DNA of 64,000 nt from assembly GCA_964536485.1 (NCBI GenBank), contig CAZHXX010000006.1, positions 6,777 to 70,776 of the forward strand, in the 5' to 3' direction. The notes under the pieces were generated by a model. That model ran no database searches and was not told the DNA's origin. It saw only the letters and a program-made list of their open reading frames with translations. Below, one piece after another: positions 1-9,660 of the stretch. The stretch comes from an uncultured Candidatus Saccharibacteria bacterium (lineage in GTDB: Bacteria; Patescibacteriota; Saccharimonadia; Saccharimonadales; SZUA-47). The position numbers and the translations under genes were made by a program. The stretch's first letter is position 1, and every line of letters begins with the position of its first letter.

Positions 1-36
1 AAAGAGCCTCGCCAGCGGATAAGGTATACTGAGACT

Positions 37-606
37 ATGCCTGATGAACAAACCCGAAGTTATCTTGCGACCATACTCACAAACATCCATGCGTATATTG
101 ATGATGCAACCAACGTGAGCGAGCTCAACCAAAAAATAGTCAATGCACCATTTTTGGACAAGCTTTACGCGACCTCGCTCGACCTCGGTATTGTGGTGCT
201 TTTGCGGGTGAACGAGCACGAAAAAATGATTGATCGCATTGCGCTGTCGGATACGAGCCTTGCCCGTGAAGCGGTGCGTGCTTCTGCAAAACCATTTAAA
301 GAGATTAGAATTCCGCTTGAAGCAAAAGGCAACATTATCGCTGAAGCTATTGCGGAGCACCGGTCTTTTGCGACCGAAGATTGGCAATCGCTCTTCACGC
401 CCGTGCTCACGAGTTCAGAAGCGCGTCGTAACCAGACAAGCGCTGGTATTGAGTGTAGTGTGGTCTACCCGCTGGATACTGTCCCTTCCGGGGCGCTTAT
501 TTTTAGTTTTTATCAACCTGAGCTGAACCTCACGCAAGCTCATCAAGATTTTATTGTCGCATTTACTGACATGGTGAGTGCAAGGCTACGCGACTTTTTG
601 CAGTAA
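37..606 (+). CDS. hypothetical protein (possible GAF-like sensory fold, guess only)
   Basis: 189-aa ORF from track; no diagnostic motif recognised; 21-nt convergent overlap with next ORF. Confidence 0.4.
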   Translation: MPDEQTRSYLATILTNIHAYIDDATNVSELNQKIVNAPFLDKLYATSLDLGIVVLLRVNEHEKMIDRIALSDTSLAREAVRASAKPFKEIRIPLEAKGNIIAEAIAEHRSFATEDWQSLFTPVLTSSEARRNQTSAGIECSVVYPLDTVPSGALIFSFYQPELNLTQAHQDFIVAFTDMVSARLRDFLQ

Positions 607-1785
607 TGTAAGCAGTGGCCCTTCGGGGCGAATTTCTTGGCACGTACCGTCCCTAAATCTAGCGACAAGTTGCTGACCTTTGTCTGGATTTTCTCGATCG
701 AAGAGGACAAGCGCCGTCGACCACTCTGTCCATTGCTGTGCAAACTCTATCTGATCTATCGGGTGTTCATCTTTGCGTACTTTTCTCACCTGTGTGATTG
801 CGTCGAGAATGAGCTGGTAACGAGCGGTGTCTTGCATATTATCGAAGGTCTGACGACGACGCTCCGGGCTGAGCATATAGTGGACAAAGAATGCCGTTGC
901 TATGTCTGCCGAGTAGTCACCTGGTACCATCTGTATGTCGTAAACTTTGCGCGTGTCTAACCGTTCAGCACCACGGAGACCGGGAGCACTTATGTCTGCA
1001 AGTGAAAAGTGTATAGAGTCATTGCTGTCGCGCTCTTGGGTAAATAGACGACGCTGTTTTTTTCTGCGCTGGTCAATAAGCTCAACTGGGAGCTGGCAGG
1101 CTTTTCCCCACTTGCTGGCAAGCGGATCGTGCGGATGGAAGAGATCTATGCCGTACGATTCATCAAACGTCCGCCTTCTCGCTTTTTGGAACACCCCGCG
1201 AAGCACAGATTTTTCTGACGCAGACCCGCTGTGTAATTTTGGCAAAGGCGGAAGACGCTTGGAGTCGAGTGGAAATTCGCCAGACATAAAGAGGCTTTCT
1301 AGCGCGAGACCGGTGTTTGAGCCACAACCAAGGTCAACGTGGCGAAACGGCTGTTCATCTGCTTCCGCAAGAATTCCGGCAAGCAGAAGTGAGGTGTGGT
1401 AACGCGTTGGTTTAGAGGTAACAGGATTTAGGTAGACATGACTTATCTCGTACTCACCACGGTAGTAAGGCGACGCGTGTACGTCTGTGAGCAATCTTGC
1501 CCAATCTTCTTGGGATGGATAACCAGAGCGGAGATCTGGGTCAATTTCAAGTAAAGCACCTTGGGCCAGATAACGTTTGAGTCGAACTGAGTGCCCGGGG
1601 GAAAACGGGCCCATTGCGCGCCTTTTGTCTGAAATGTCAGCTATCCACTGAGCAAAGTCGTGGTTTGTTTGCATGAGCTCAGCATATGCGCCAGAAAGTC
1701 CTGCGCTATGGGGGTCGGTCGCGAGCAAATCGACAGACTCGCGACGAAATTCTTGAAATTCTGGTTGTGTGTCAACGTGTGTCAT
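586..1785 (-). CDS. hypothetical protein with class-I SAM-methyltransferase-like motif
   Basis: 399-aa ORF; 'HVDLGCGSNTG' resembles SAM-binding motif I. Confidence 0.45.
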   Translation of the reverse strand: MTHVDTQPEFQEFRRESVDLLATDPHSAGLSGAYAELMQTNHDFAQWIADISDKRRAMGPFSPGHSVRLKRYLAQGALLEIDPDLRSGYPSQEDWARLLTDVHASPYYRGEYEISHVYLNPVTSKPTRYHTSLLLAGILAEADEQPFRHVDLGCGSNTGLALESLFMSGEFPLDSKRLPPLPKLHSGSASEKSVLRGVFQKARRRTFDESYGIDLFHPHDPLASKWGKACQLPVELIDQRRKKQRRLFTQERDSNDSIHFSLADISAPGLRGAERLDTRKVYDIQMVPGDYSADIATAFFVHYMLSPERRRQTFDNMQDTARYQLILDAITQVRKVRKDEHPIDQIEFAQQWTEWSTALVLFDRENPDKGQQLVARFRDGTCQEIRPEGPLLTLLQKVA

Positions 1786-1818
1786 ATTTGTCCTTCTGCC
1801 AATAAGAAGGAACGGTAA

Positions 1819-2190
1819 TTAATCTGAGAGCATATCATGGACAAGTTTGGTTAATTCTCGGGGAGATGCCCACGCTTTAAGCACATATTTTTCGGCTCCG
1901 AGCTCGTAGGCTTGTTGTATCTCGTTATCTGCGTCGAGGTTACTGAACACGACAATTTTGACGGTTGGATGATGCGTAAGTTTTTTGTAATTCTGCAAAA
2001 ATTCAATCCCGCTCATCTTTGGCATACGTAAATCGAGCAAGATAAGGTCTGGCTCCAGCTCTTTTGTTATGTCGAGTGCTTCTTGGCCGTCGTGAGCGAG
2101 AGTAATGTCATAACCTGCACTCTGAAGCACCATCTCATACGCCTCTAAGAGGACTATCTCGTCTTCAACGATAAGTATTTTTTTAGCCAT
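1819..2190 (-). CDS. single-domain response regulator (CheY-like receiver)
   Basis: Track ORF trimmed to ATG at 2190 ('MAKKILIVEDE...'); receiver motifs 'ILIVEDE', 'DLILLDLRMPKMSG', 'KIVVFSN...A...GA..YVLK'; 123 aa. Confidence 0.85.
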   Translation of the reverse strand: MAKKILIVEDEIVLLEAYEMVLQSAGYDITLAHDGQEALDITKELEPDLILLDLRMPKMSGIEFLQNYKKLTHHPTVKIVVFSNLDADNEIQQAYELGAEKYVLKAWASPRELTKLVHDMLSD

Positions 2191-2260
2191 AGTAGTAAGT
2201 GTATATAAAAGATAACGAAATTGCGTGTAATATTTCTTACAAAAGATTTGCCGTAAGGGC

Positions 2261-2665
2261 TTAGTTGCCGAGGCGAAGTGCTCGCTTTGTGTAGCTGTTC
2301 CATAGGTGAGAAATATAGCCGTGTTCGGCTTGGCGAACCTGCTCGCTCTGATGTTCTGGTCTTTTGCTCCGAATAGCAAATTGAATCGCAAGACCCGCAA
2401 CCAGACGCATTGCGCTTTCTGATGTTCGGCGCCGCGCAATTGTCTCTGGTGTGAGCAGACGTTTGTCCAGCTTTTTACGTCGACGTGTAGCTTTTTCTGT
2501 AGGGACAACGTTTGTGGTATCTGCGCTGTCATCTTTTTGCGTTAGGCTTAGCTTTTCTTGGAGCGTGGGAGGTTTTACCCCTGGTGGAGCCAACGGAGGT
2601 TTTTCTGTAGGCATAAACGGATCAACGGGCGGTGGTGGAGGCGGTGGTGGCATTTCGGGGAGCAT
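2261..2665 (-). CDS. hypothetical proline-rich protein
   Basis: 134-aa ORF, N-terminal PPPPPPPP run, AAAGG Shine-Dalgarno ~8 nt upstream of ATG at 2665. Confidence 0.45.
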   Translation of the reverse strand: MLPEMPPPPPPPPVDPFMPTEKPPLAPPGVKPPTLQEKLSLTQKDDSADTTNVVPTEKATRRRKKLDKRLLTPETIARRRTSESAMRLVAGLAIQFAIRSKRPEHQSEQVRQAEHGYISHLWNSYTKRALRLGN

Positions 2666-2711
2666 ATGGTACCTTTCTAGGGTTATAAAATGTAAGTTTT
2701 GCCCAGAGGAG

Positions 2712-2787
2712 TATAAGTAAGTGTCTTATTCAGAAACGTACACTGGATAAAATGATGAATCCAAGCGCTGAATGACACTTACTTATA
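2712..2787. repeat. long inverted repeat / hairpin (14-bp perfect arms, extendable to ~20 bp)
   Basis: TATAAGTAAGTGTC (2712-2725) is the exact reverse complement of GACACTTACTTATA (2774-2787); a further ATTCAG/CTGAAT pairing lies inside. Confidence 0.7.
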
Positions 2788-3135
2788 CTATGTGACGTGC
2801 CCCACTCTCTTGGGACATAGCGCCAGCCGGGAGTATTGCACGACTGGCTTGTTGCATCATAGGATGAAGTAGTAACTACTCACTATGAATTTTCTTACAG
2901 TTCTTATTGCTCCGTCTCTTGTTCGTCATCGTCTTCTTGGGTAAAGTTTTGGAAATTGTCGCGCATTGTTTGAACACTCCTTTCCGCACATATCGTGCAA
3001 ATGTAGTGTAGAAACTAATAGGAGTTTCTGGCAGTAAGTAATTTCACTCATAAACTTTAGCTCGTATAAAAACTTACAGCGTGCTGACCCGGAGGTGGGT
3101 ATGCTGTAACAACTATGTAAATGTGGAGAGTTTTT

Positions 3136-3300
3136 ATGAATAAGTCAGAAGACAAGAAAAAAGAAACACGCGGTTTTGCGTCGATGGACAAAGAAAGACA
3201 GAAAGAGATTGCCAGTAAAGGTGGCAAAGCCAGTGGTGGCAATTTTAAGAATAACCCAGTACGAGCAAAAGAAGCTGGCAGAAAAGGTGGTAAAAGCTAG
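3136..3300 (+). CDS. KGG-repeat general stress protein (YciG/con-10-like), 54 aa, absent from the ORF track
   Basis: Own translation: MNKSEDKKKETRGFASMDKERQKEIASKGGKASGGNFKNNPVRAKEAGRKGGKS*; two KGG motifs; GGAGAG SD upstream. Confidence 0.7.
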   Translation: MNKSEDKKKETRGFASMDKERQKEIASKGGKASGGNFKNNPVRAKEAGRKGGKS

Positions 3301-3384
3301 CCAAATATAGTCACGTTCACAGCTTAACTTATTGATTTTGGCATAGCACTGTTAGCTTGTCGCAATCTGTGCAATACTTAGCGT

Positions 3385-4545
3385 ATGCACTTTGCTCAAA
3401 AAATAGGGCTATGGTTATCGAAACTTCTTATGCACGCTGGTCTCGTGCTAATTGTTGCATCGCTTTCAGTCATTTTTCTCTTTGGTGAAAAGCAAGCGCT
3501 AAAAGACGTCTTGATAGAATCTGGTGTCTATAGTTCGTTTGTTGATTCAGTTTTGGTAGACAACGCAAAAACGTCAAGCAATCAGCTATCAAGCTTGCCC
3601 TTGCAGGACCCAGAAATCCAGAAGATTGCGAAACAAGCTTTTTCTCCCACGGCACTGAAAAATGCTACAGAGTCGTTTGTCGATAGACTCTACGACTGGC
3701 TTAATGGAAGCGCCGATAGTTTAACATTCAGTATTGAGCTTAATCCTCAGAAAGAAGTGTTTATTGAACAAGTCAGTACCTATGGAGCAAATAGACTGGT
3801 AGGCCTACCTCCCTGCTCGGAAAATGAAGTTCAGAATACGACTATTTTTGCACTACAATGTCGGCCGGAAAACGTTCCGCTGGAATTTATAAAACAGCAG
3901 GTTCACGATGATCTGGAGGCCTCAGAATTTCTCAAAGATATTCGGTTCACTGAAGCTGACTTACCTAAGACAAAAAGTGGCGCCTACATCCATCAAGAGC
4001 TAGCATTCGTTCCACCGCTTTTGCGAGCGTTGCGCACATCTGTGTGGACATTCTTAGTTGTTTTTGTGCTGGCGTCACTGCTGTTTATTCTCATGCGGAA
4101 GCCTCTGCGAAGGGGCGTCAAACTTTATGGGCGCGACCTGCTCTCAAACGGAGCTACTTTGCTTGGGGCAACTATTGTGTTTGGTTTTGTGCTCCCAAAG
4201 CTCACCAACGGCTTTAACATACAAGGGAATGAGACGGTGACGCTCATGAATAAAGTCAGCGACACGTACCTGCGTCATTTTGACATTCTTATTATAAATA
4301 TTTCTCTACAAGTTGTGGCTTGCGGACTAATTATTGTAATGCTCGAGAAGCTCAGTCGGCCACAAAGTAAGTACAGCCACTTGCAAAAGAAAACTGGGCT
4401 TACGACGAGCTATGAACGGTCTAAAGTGGTGATCGGTAAAGTTATCCATAAGCCCATGCCACCAGTGCAGACAAGTGAAGGTTTGAAGCGCAAGAAAAGA
4501 ACATCGCGCACTCCCAAAAAATATCGTAAAATTGGGTTAGAGTAG
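3385..4545 (+). CDS. hypothetical membrane protein
   Basis: 386-aa ORF; N-terminal TM segment and C-terminal cluster of hydrophobic helices; basic tail. Confidence 0.6.
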   Translation: MHFAQKIGLWLSKLLMHAGLVLIVASLSVIFLFGEKQALKDVLIESGVYSSFVDSVLVDNAKTSSNQLSSLPLQDPEIQKIAKQAFSPTALKNATESFVDRLYDWLNGSADSLTFSIELNPQKEVFIEQVSTYGANRLVGLPPCSENEVQNTTIFALQCRPENVPLEFIKQQVHDDLEASEFLKDIRFTEADLPKTKSGAYIHQELAFVPPLLRALRTSVWTFLVVFVLASLLFILMRKPLRRGVKLYGRDLLSNGATLLGATIVFGFVLPKLTNGFNIQGNETVTLMNKVSDTYLRHFDILIINISLQVVACGLIIVMLEKLSRPQSKYSHLQKKTGLTTSYERSKVVIGKVIHKPMPPVQTSEGLKRKKRTSRTPKKYRKIGLE

Positions 4546-4571
4546 CAAGAGTATAACTTGAAGGAGTATCT

Positions 4572-5213
4572 ATGAAAATTGCAGTGATTGGGTCTGGAGA
4601 GGTGGGTCAAGCGCTTGCTCGAGGACTTGTTGAAGAGGGTCACAGTGTCATGATTGGGACCCGTGATACGAGTAAAAAAGATTTAAAATGGACCAAAAAC
4701 CACGATAAAGAAAAACTTCAAGTTGGGTCCTTTGCACAGGCAGCTGATTTTGGCGAAATGGCAATATTGGCAGTGGCATGGCATGCAACGGAGAACGTAC
4801 TTGCTATTGTACGCCCTGAACTTTCTGGAAAAATTGTTATTGATGTGACTAATCCCCTGCTCTTTTCTGAAGATGAAGCACCTCAGCTTGCAATAGGCCA
4901 CAATATGAGCGCAGGTGAGATGGTACAGCAAACGCTCACGGATAGTCATGTCGTCAAGACGCTCAATACAGTCAGCTATCGTCATATGGTCCGGCCTGAA
5001 TTTAAGGGAGGTACTCCTACGATGTTTATGTGTGGCAACAATACGTCGGCCAAAACGCATGTTAAAGAGTTGCTCACCAGCCTTGGGTGGAAAGATATTC
5101 AAGACATTGGTACGATTGAAAAAAGCCGTTTACTTGAACCACTCTGTTTGTTGTGGGTTGAGTATGGTGTGGTAAACGACACCTGGGATCATGCTTTTTC
5201 AGTTATTCGTTAG
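4572..5213 (+). CDS. NADP-dependent oxidoreductase (F420-dependent NADP reductase / ProC-like Rossmann family)
   Basis: N-terminal 'MKIAVIGSGEVGQALARGL' dinucleotide-binding motif; 213 aa; GGAG SD upstream. Confidence 0.7.
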   Translation: MKIAVIGSGEVGQALARGLVEEGHSVMIGTRDTSKKDLKWTKNHDKEKLQVGSFAQAADFGEMAILAVAWHATENVLAIVRPELSGKIVIDVTNPLLFSEDEAPQLAIGHNMSAGEMVQQTLTDSHVVKTLNTVSYRHMVRPEFKGGTPTMFMCGNNTSAKTHVKELLTSLGWKDIQDIGTIEKSRLLEPLCLLWVEYGVVNDTWDHAFSVIR

Positions 5214-5421
5214 ATGAGCTTCTAGGATGAACTGCTTCTTGTTTTTTGCTGTTCCGAAGTGAGCTAGAAACTGTGTAGCGGTAGACGGCGTACAAAATAA
5301 GAGATGTTGCGACAACAAGTAAACATCCAAGTGCAGGGTTGGTCTGTAGCCAATGAATAATTGAGCTGTTTGACGCATGAGGTTGTGATGTGATGTGGGC
5401 GCTGTGTAGCATAGAGTGCAC
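5203..5421 (-). CDS. small hypothetical membrane protein
   Basis: 72-aa ORF with one hydrophobic helix; start abuts stop of upstream 235-aa membrane ORF. Confidence 0.35.
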   Translation of the reverse strand: MHSMLHSAHITSQPHASNSSIIHWLQTNPALGCLLVVATSLILYAVYRYTVSSSLRNSKKQEAVHPRSSSNE

Positions 5422-6128
5422 TATTTACCTTTCTTTTTAGAATTGTGTGACAATGTCTTGAACGTCAGGAACGTAGCAAAGATAACGGCGAACCCGCACA
5501 TAACCGACGGGAGATTACTGTCTGCTCCACCGTGTGCGTCATAGGTTGAAAAGAACATAGAGGGCAAAATAAACGATAAGTAGCCATAGCCTAACGATTG
5601 CAGTGCGTAGCGATCTGTCTTAACTTTGGTTTTTTCTGCAAAGAAAAAGGTAATGCACATAGCGATGAACATAAGCGCGTCATAAAAGAAGTAATACGGC
5701 ACTTCATACATGTCAGGAATATGGAATATGACGTAATTGCCACTGCACACTGAGCCCCTCAGCGCGCTTGCAAACACAAAAACACCAATCCACACCACTG
5801 CTAGCAGGTAGGCTACTGGTACTAGAAACGATATTTTTTTCTTTGCCAATACATAAACAAGATGCAGTCCAAAAACAGGAAGTAAGGTAATTGCACAGAA
5901 ACCAATTTTTGCCCAGACAGCCCCGCTTATCCCCCACGCTTCGCATATGCCGTATTCAGCAAGCTGAAATGTCGCCAGACAAACCAACATTAAAAGGACG
6001 AGGGTAGTTGCTGTTTTACGTACCTTAGTGAGAAAGATATAGACAAAATAAGAAAGTTCAATAATGCAGGTTGCAATCATCACCGGTGGCGAAAAACACA
6101 TAAAGACGTTTTGTTTGAACTTCATCAT
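5421..6128 (-). CDS. polytopic membrane protein, unknown function
   Basis: 235-aa ORF, ~7 hydrophobic segments. Confidence 0.6.
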   Translation of the reverse strand: MMKFKQNVFMCFSPPVMIATCIIELSYFVYIFLTKVRKTATTLVLLMLVCLATFQLAEYGICEAWGISGAVWAKIGFCAITLLPVFGLHLVYVLAKKKISFLVPVAYLLAVVWIGVFVFASALRGSVCSGNYVIFHIPDMYEVPYYFFYDALMFIAMCITFFFAEKTKVKTDRYALQSLGYGYLSFILPSMFFSTYDAHGGADSNLPSVMCGFAVIFATFLTFKTLSHNSKKKGK

Positions 6129-6157
6129 CCAATGGTAACGGATGGTGCGGTAAAATA

Positions 6158-6538
6158 CTACTGCTTTTCTCGAGGCATGTTTTTAGCGTGGTGAATTTGC
6201 TGGTGATCAAGGCCGAAAAAGTGAGCAACTTCGTGCCACAGCGTCTCTTTTATCTGGGCTTTAAGTGCCTTTGGCTCGGTAAAAAGCTCCATCATAGGAT
6301 GCCTAAATATAGTGATCCTGTCTGGAGGGAGACTTAATGTTGCGCCACCGCGCTTGGGCAATGGCACTCCTTCATAAAGACCGTAGAGTGCATTGCAGGA
6401 ACGCAAGCCTAGGTGCTGTCTTTGAGCTGGCGTTGGCTCGTCCTCAACGATAATCGCCACATGCTTCATTTTTTCTCGATATTTTGTAGGAATAGCATCG
6501 ATTGCTTCGGTGACATATTGTTCAAAAAGCTGGTCCAT
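6158..6538 (-). CDS. zincin-like metallopeptidase family protein (DUF1025-type)
   Basis: 'LWHEVAHFFGLDH' HExxH-type motif at C-terminus of a 126-aa protein. Confidence 0.75.
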   Translation of the reverse strand: MDQLFEQYVTEAIDAIPTKYREKMKHVAIIVEDEPTPAQRQHLGLRSCNALYGLYEGVPLPKRGGATLSLPPDRITIFRHPMMELFTEPKALKAQIKETLWHEVAHFFGLDHQQIHHAKNMPREKQ

Positions 6539-6640
6539 ACTAAGTATTGTACAGGCACATCATGAAATATTTTAGTAAATACTTAAATTTAAAAATGACT
6601 ATTTTTCAATCCTTCCTATGATGCGGTACACTTAGAGCAT

Positions 6641-7534
6641 ATGCGCGTTGTAGAACCTCATCACTACCACACTCCTACTGCGAAGAAATCATCCTCTAAG
6701 AAGACTCGTGTGCTCACGATTTTGTTGGCATTTGTACTCCTTGGAGCTGGTGGATTTTTTGCAAAAAAAGAGTTTTTTGGCAAAAAAGCGAGTGTCAACG
6801 CAGAAGTTCAGTCGCCGAGCCCGGTTCCTGAACAGCCTGTTGCCCAAACACCAGAGCCTGCGCCTGTCGACACTGTTAAGGATACACTGCGGCAGTTTTC
6901 TCCGAATGAATTTCGGCTTTTTTATGACAACTTAAACCAGCCAAATCTTGAGCCAGTTGCAAACCCTCCTTCAATAAGTGGCAACGACACCGCAGATGCG
7001 CGAATACGAGACATAGCCGAAGGACGTGGCTATAAACTTCGTCATTCTCCTCTCGATGTGACGCTATTTGTTTCTGTTGACGGGCAAAGGCTCCAGAGCG
7101 ATGCTGCTCAAGCATGGCTGAAGCTTAAAGCAAGAGCATCGAGTGCTGGTCATTCGATGAGCCTTGTGTCGGGCTATCGCTCAGTCAATGATCAGCGAGA
7201 ACTCTTTCTTGGCCGGCTTTCTGCAACAGGGGCTACTATTCCAGAAGTTGCCAACGGTCAGGCGGATGCAAAAGTCAACCAAGTACTTATCACCTCGTCT
7301 ATCCCAGGGTATTCAAAACACCATACGGGCTACACGATGGACCTGCAATGTGCTGGCTATGGGTTTGAAGATTTTAAAAACTCTCCATGCCATGACTGGC
7401 TGTCTGCCGATAACTTCAAAGTCGCCAAAGAAGTCGGGTTTATTCCAAGCTATCCAGATGGTGCCGATGCACAAGGCCCCGACCCAGAAGCTTGGGAATA
7501 CGTCTATGTGGGCACTGAGCTTCTTTACGAATAG
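6641..7534 (+). CDS. D-alanyl-D-alanine carboxypeptidase, VanY/M15 family, membrane-anchored
   Basis: N-terminal TM; 'SGYRSVNDQRELF' and 'YSKHHTGYTMDL' match the VanY SxHxxGxAxD-type zinc site. Confidence 0.8.
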   Translation: MRVVEPHHYHTPTAKKSSSKKTRVLTILLAFVLLGAGGFFAKKEFFGKKASVNAEVQSPSPVPEQPVAQTPEPAPVDTVKDTLRQFSPNEFRLFYDNLNQPNLEPVANPPSISGNDTADARIRDIAEGRGYKLRHSPLDVTLFVSVDGQRLQSDAAQAWLKLKARASSAGHSMSLVSGYRSVNDQRELFLGRLSATGATIPEVANGQADAKVNQVLITSSIPGYSKHHTGYTMDLQCAGYGFEDFKNSPCHDWLSADNFKVAKEVGFIPSYPDGADAQGPDPEAWEYVYVGTELLYE

Positions 7535-7597
7535 TTCTTCCCTCTGGTAAAAAAAGTGCTTTTGCGGTACGCTTTATCGTAAGTAGAACACATTATT

Positions 7598-8548
7598 ATG
7601 GAACATGTTGCAAAAAAGCTGGATGACATGCAAGCGTTCATTCAGCCTCTCAATATTAACGGCCTCCGTGGCCGTATGTTGCGCTTGAAATCAAGCAAAC
7701 ATCCGGACCGCGAAGTGTTGATGGTGTACGGTCATCATTCCAGTATTGAGCGTATGTATGGCCTGGCAGAAGTTTTTCAGGACTATGGCAATGTGACGAT
7801 GCCTGATTTACCGGGGTTTGGTGGTATGGACAGTTATCATCGCATTGGGGTGAAACCATCAATCGACAGCCTTGCCGATTATCTTGCAACGTTTGTGAAG
7901 TTAAAATATCGCAAAAAGAAAGTAACAATTGTCGCAATGTCACTTGGCTTTGCCGTTACTACTCGCATGCTACAGCGCTATCCAGAACTCCAAAAGAAAG
8001 TAACGCTTCTCGTGAGCCTTGTCGGTTTTACGCGAGCTGATGATACTATTTTGCCAAAGAAAATGATGTACACCTACAAGGCGCTCGCTCATATTTTTCG
8101 TCGTCGGGTAGCGTCAATGTTTTTTTACAACTTGATTCTGCACCCTTCTGTTATTAGAACTTTTTATGCCAAGACACCCAACGCACGCAAGAAATTTGAC
8201 CATCTGAGCAGAGACGACAAGCGTCGAGCACTGGATTTTGAGGTGGTCTTGTGGCGTGATAACGATGTGCGTACTTATATGGACATGATTTTAGAAATGA
8301 TGATGCTCGATAACTGCAACAAACAAGTTAATGTGCCGGTGCATCATGTTGGAGTGGACGGCGACCAATATTTTGATAATGCGGTCGTAGAGCAACACAT
8401 GCGCGTTATATTCAGCACCTACTCTCAGTCGATGGCTGTACTGCCAAACCATGCGCCAAGCATTGTTGCCACTAAAGAAGAAGCTGCTCCTTTTGTGCCC
8501 AAGAAATTAAAAAAGGCGCTGCAAGAAGCGTACGAGGCGAAAAAATGA
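7598..8548 (+). CDS. alpha/beta-fold hydrolase
   Basis: 'VLMVYGHHSS' oxyanion region, 'DLPGFGGMD', nucleophile elbow 'AMSLG'. Confidence 0.65.
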   Translation: MEHVAKKLDDMQAFIQPLNINGLRGRMLRLKSSKHPDREVLMVYGHHSSIERMYGLAEVFQDYGNVTMPDLPGFGGMDSYHRIGVKPSIDSLADYLATFVKLKYRKKKVTIVAMSLGFAVTTRMLQRYPELQKKVTLLVSLVGFTRADDTILPKKMMYTYKALAHIFRRRVASMFFYNLILHPSVIRTFYAKTPNARKKFDHLSRDDKRRALDFEVVLWRDNDVRTYMDMILEMMMLDNCNKQVNVPVHHVGVDGDQYFDNAVVEQHMRVIFSTYSQSMAVLPNHAPSIVATKEEAAPFVPKKLKKALQEAYEAKK

Positions 8549-9660
8549 AAATAGGTATTGTCTGCCCCTACAACATCTTCAAACCAGGAGGCGTCCAGGA
8601 GCACGTACAATACCAGGCAGCAGAACTTCGCAAGCGAGGCCATGACGTCACGATAATAACTCCTCGTCCTCGTGGTCACGAAAATGAGCCGACCCCAACT
8701 GGAGTTGTGTTTGTTGGCGGTTCGGCCCGAATCAAAACGCCAAGTGCAACCAGCGGAGATGTCTCGGTTACGATTGATGTTGATGCTGTTGACGAAGAGC
8801 TTGCAAAGGGTTATGACGTTATTCATGTGCACGAACCGGCTATCCCATTGCTTGCCAGACAGCTTCTTCCAAGAGTAAATTGCTTGCGCGTCGGCACCTA
8901 TCACGCCGCGCTTCCAGGCAATGCGCTTGGACGTTCACTCATACGTTCTTACCGGGCGTACTTTAAATCCATTATGCCCTATATTGATGTAATTACTGCG
9001 GTAAGCCCTGCAGCAATCGGCTATATCGAGAATCTGGTGGAGCCAGATGCGATAACATATATTCCCAACGGTATTTCTCTTGAAAAGATGCAGGCACCTG
9101 TTGGTTCAAAGCGCAACCGCAAGCAGATATTCTTTATTGGGAGACTCGAAAAGCGTAAGGGTGCTCTCTATACTATCAAAGCGTTTGAGATTCTTAAAAA
9201 AAGAGACCCAGAATTAGAGCTGTGTATTGGTGGCGATGGCCCCTTGCGAGACAACCTGAAAGCATATGTTGATAAAAACGATATTCAAGATGTTAAGTTT
9301 ATGGGCTTTCTGACCGACGAAGAGAAGTTCCATTATATGAGCACCTGCGGGGTCTACACCTCTCCTGCCCTCTACGGGGAGAGTTTTGGGATCGTTTTGG
9401 CTGAAGCAATGGCGTTTGGTGCGCCAACCGTCGCTCACAAAAACGAAGGCTACGAATGGGTGATGCAAGGTACCGGCAGGCTGTCACTTGTCGATGTACA
9501 TGACATCGAAGCTTACGCTGACCGTTTGCAATTAATGCTCGAAGACGATGAACTGCGTAATGCGTGGCAGAACTGGGCAAAAACCTATGTGAAGCAGTTT
9601 GACTACGCCCGCGTCGTTGACCAGTACGAAGCCCTCTACAACCAGCACTTGAAAAACTAA
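8545..9660 (+). CDS. GT4 family glycosyltransferase (PimA-like)
   Basis: 'MKIGIVCPY...PGGVQEHV' N-terminus, C-terminal 'ESFGIVLAEAMAFGAP' EX7E region; ATGA overlap with the previous gene. Confidence 0.85.
   Translation: MKIGIVCPYNIFKPGGVQEHVQYQAAELRKRGHDVTIITPRPRGHENEPTPTGVVFVGGSARIKTPSATSGDVSVTIDVDAVDEELAKGYDVIHVHEPAIPLLARQLLPRVNCLRVGTYHAALPGNALGRSLIRSYRAYFKSIMPYIDVITAVSPAAIGYIENLVEPDAITYIPNGISLEKMQAPVGSKRNRKQIFFIGRLEKRKGALYTIKAFEILKKRDPELELCIGGDGPLRDNLKAYVDKNDIQDVKFMGFLTDEEKFHYMSTCGVYTSPALYGESFGIVLAEAMAFGAPTVAHKNEGYEWVMQGTGRLSLVDVHDIEAYADRLQLMLEDDELRNAWQNWAKTYVKQFDYARVVDQYEALYNQHLKN

Noticed and set aside
2451-2720. Gly-rich 89-aa + strand ORF
   Set aside because: It is the mirror image of the poly-Pro run of the minus-strand ORF. 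The minus-strand version has a proper SD and ATG.
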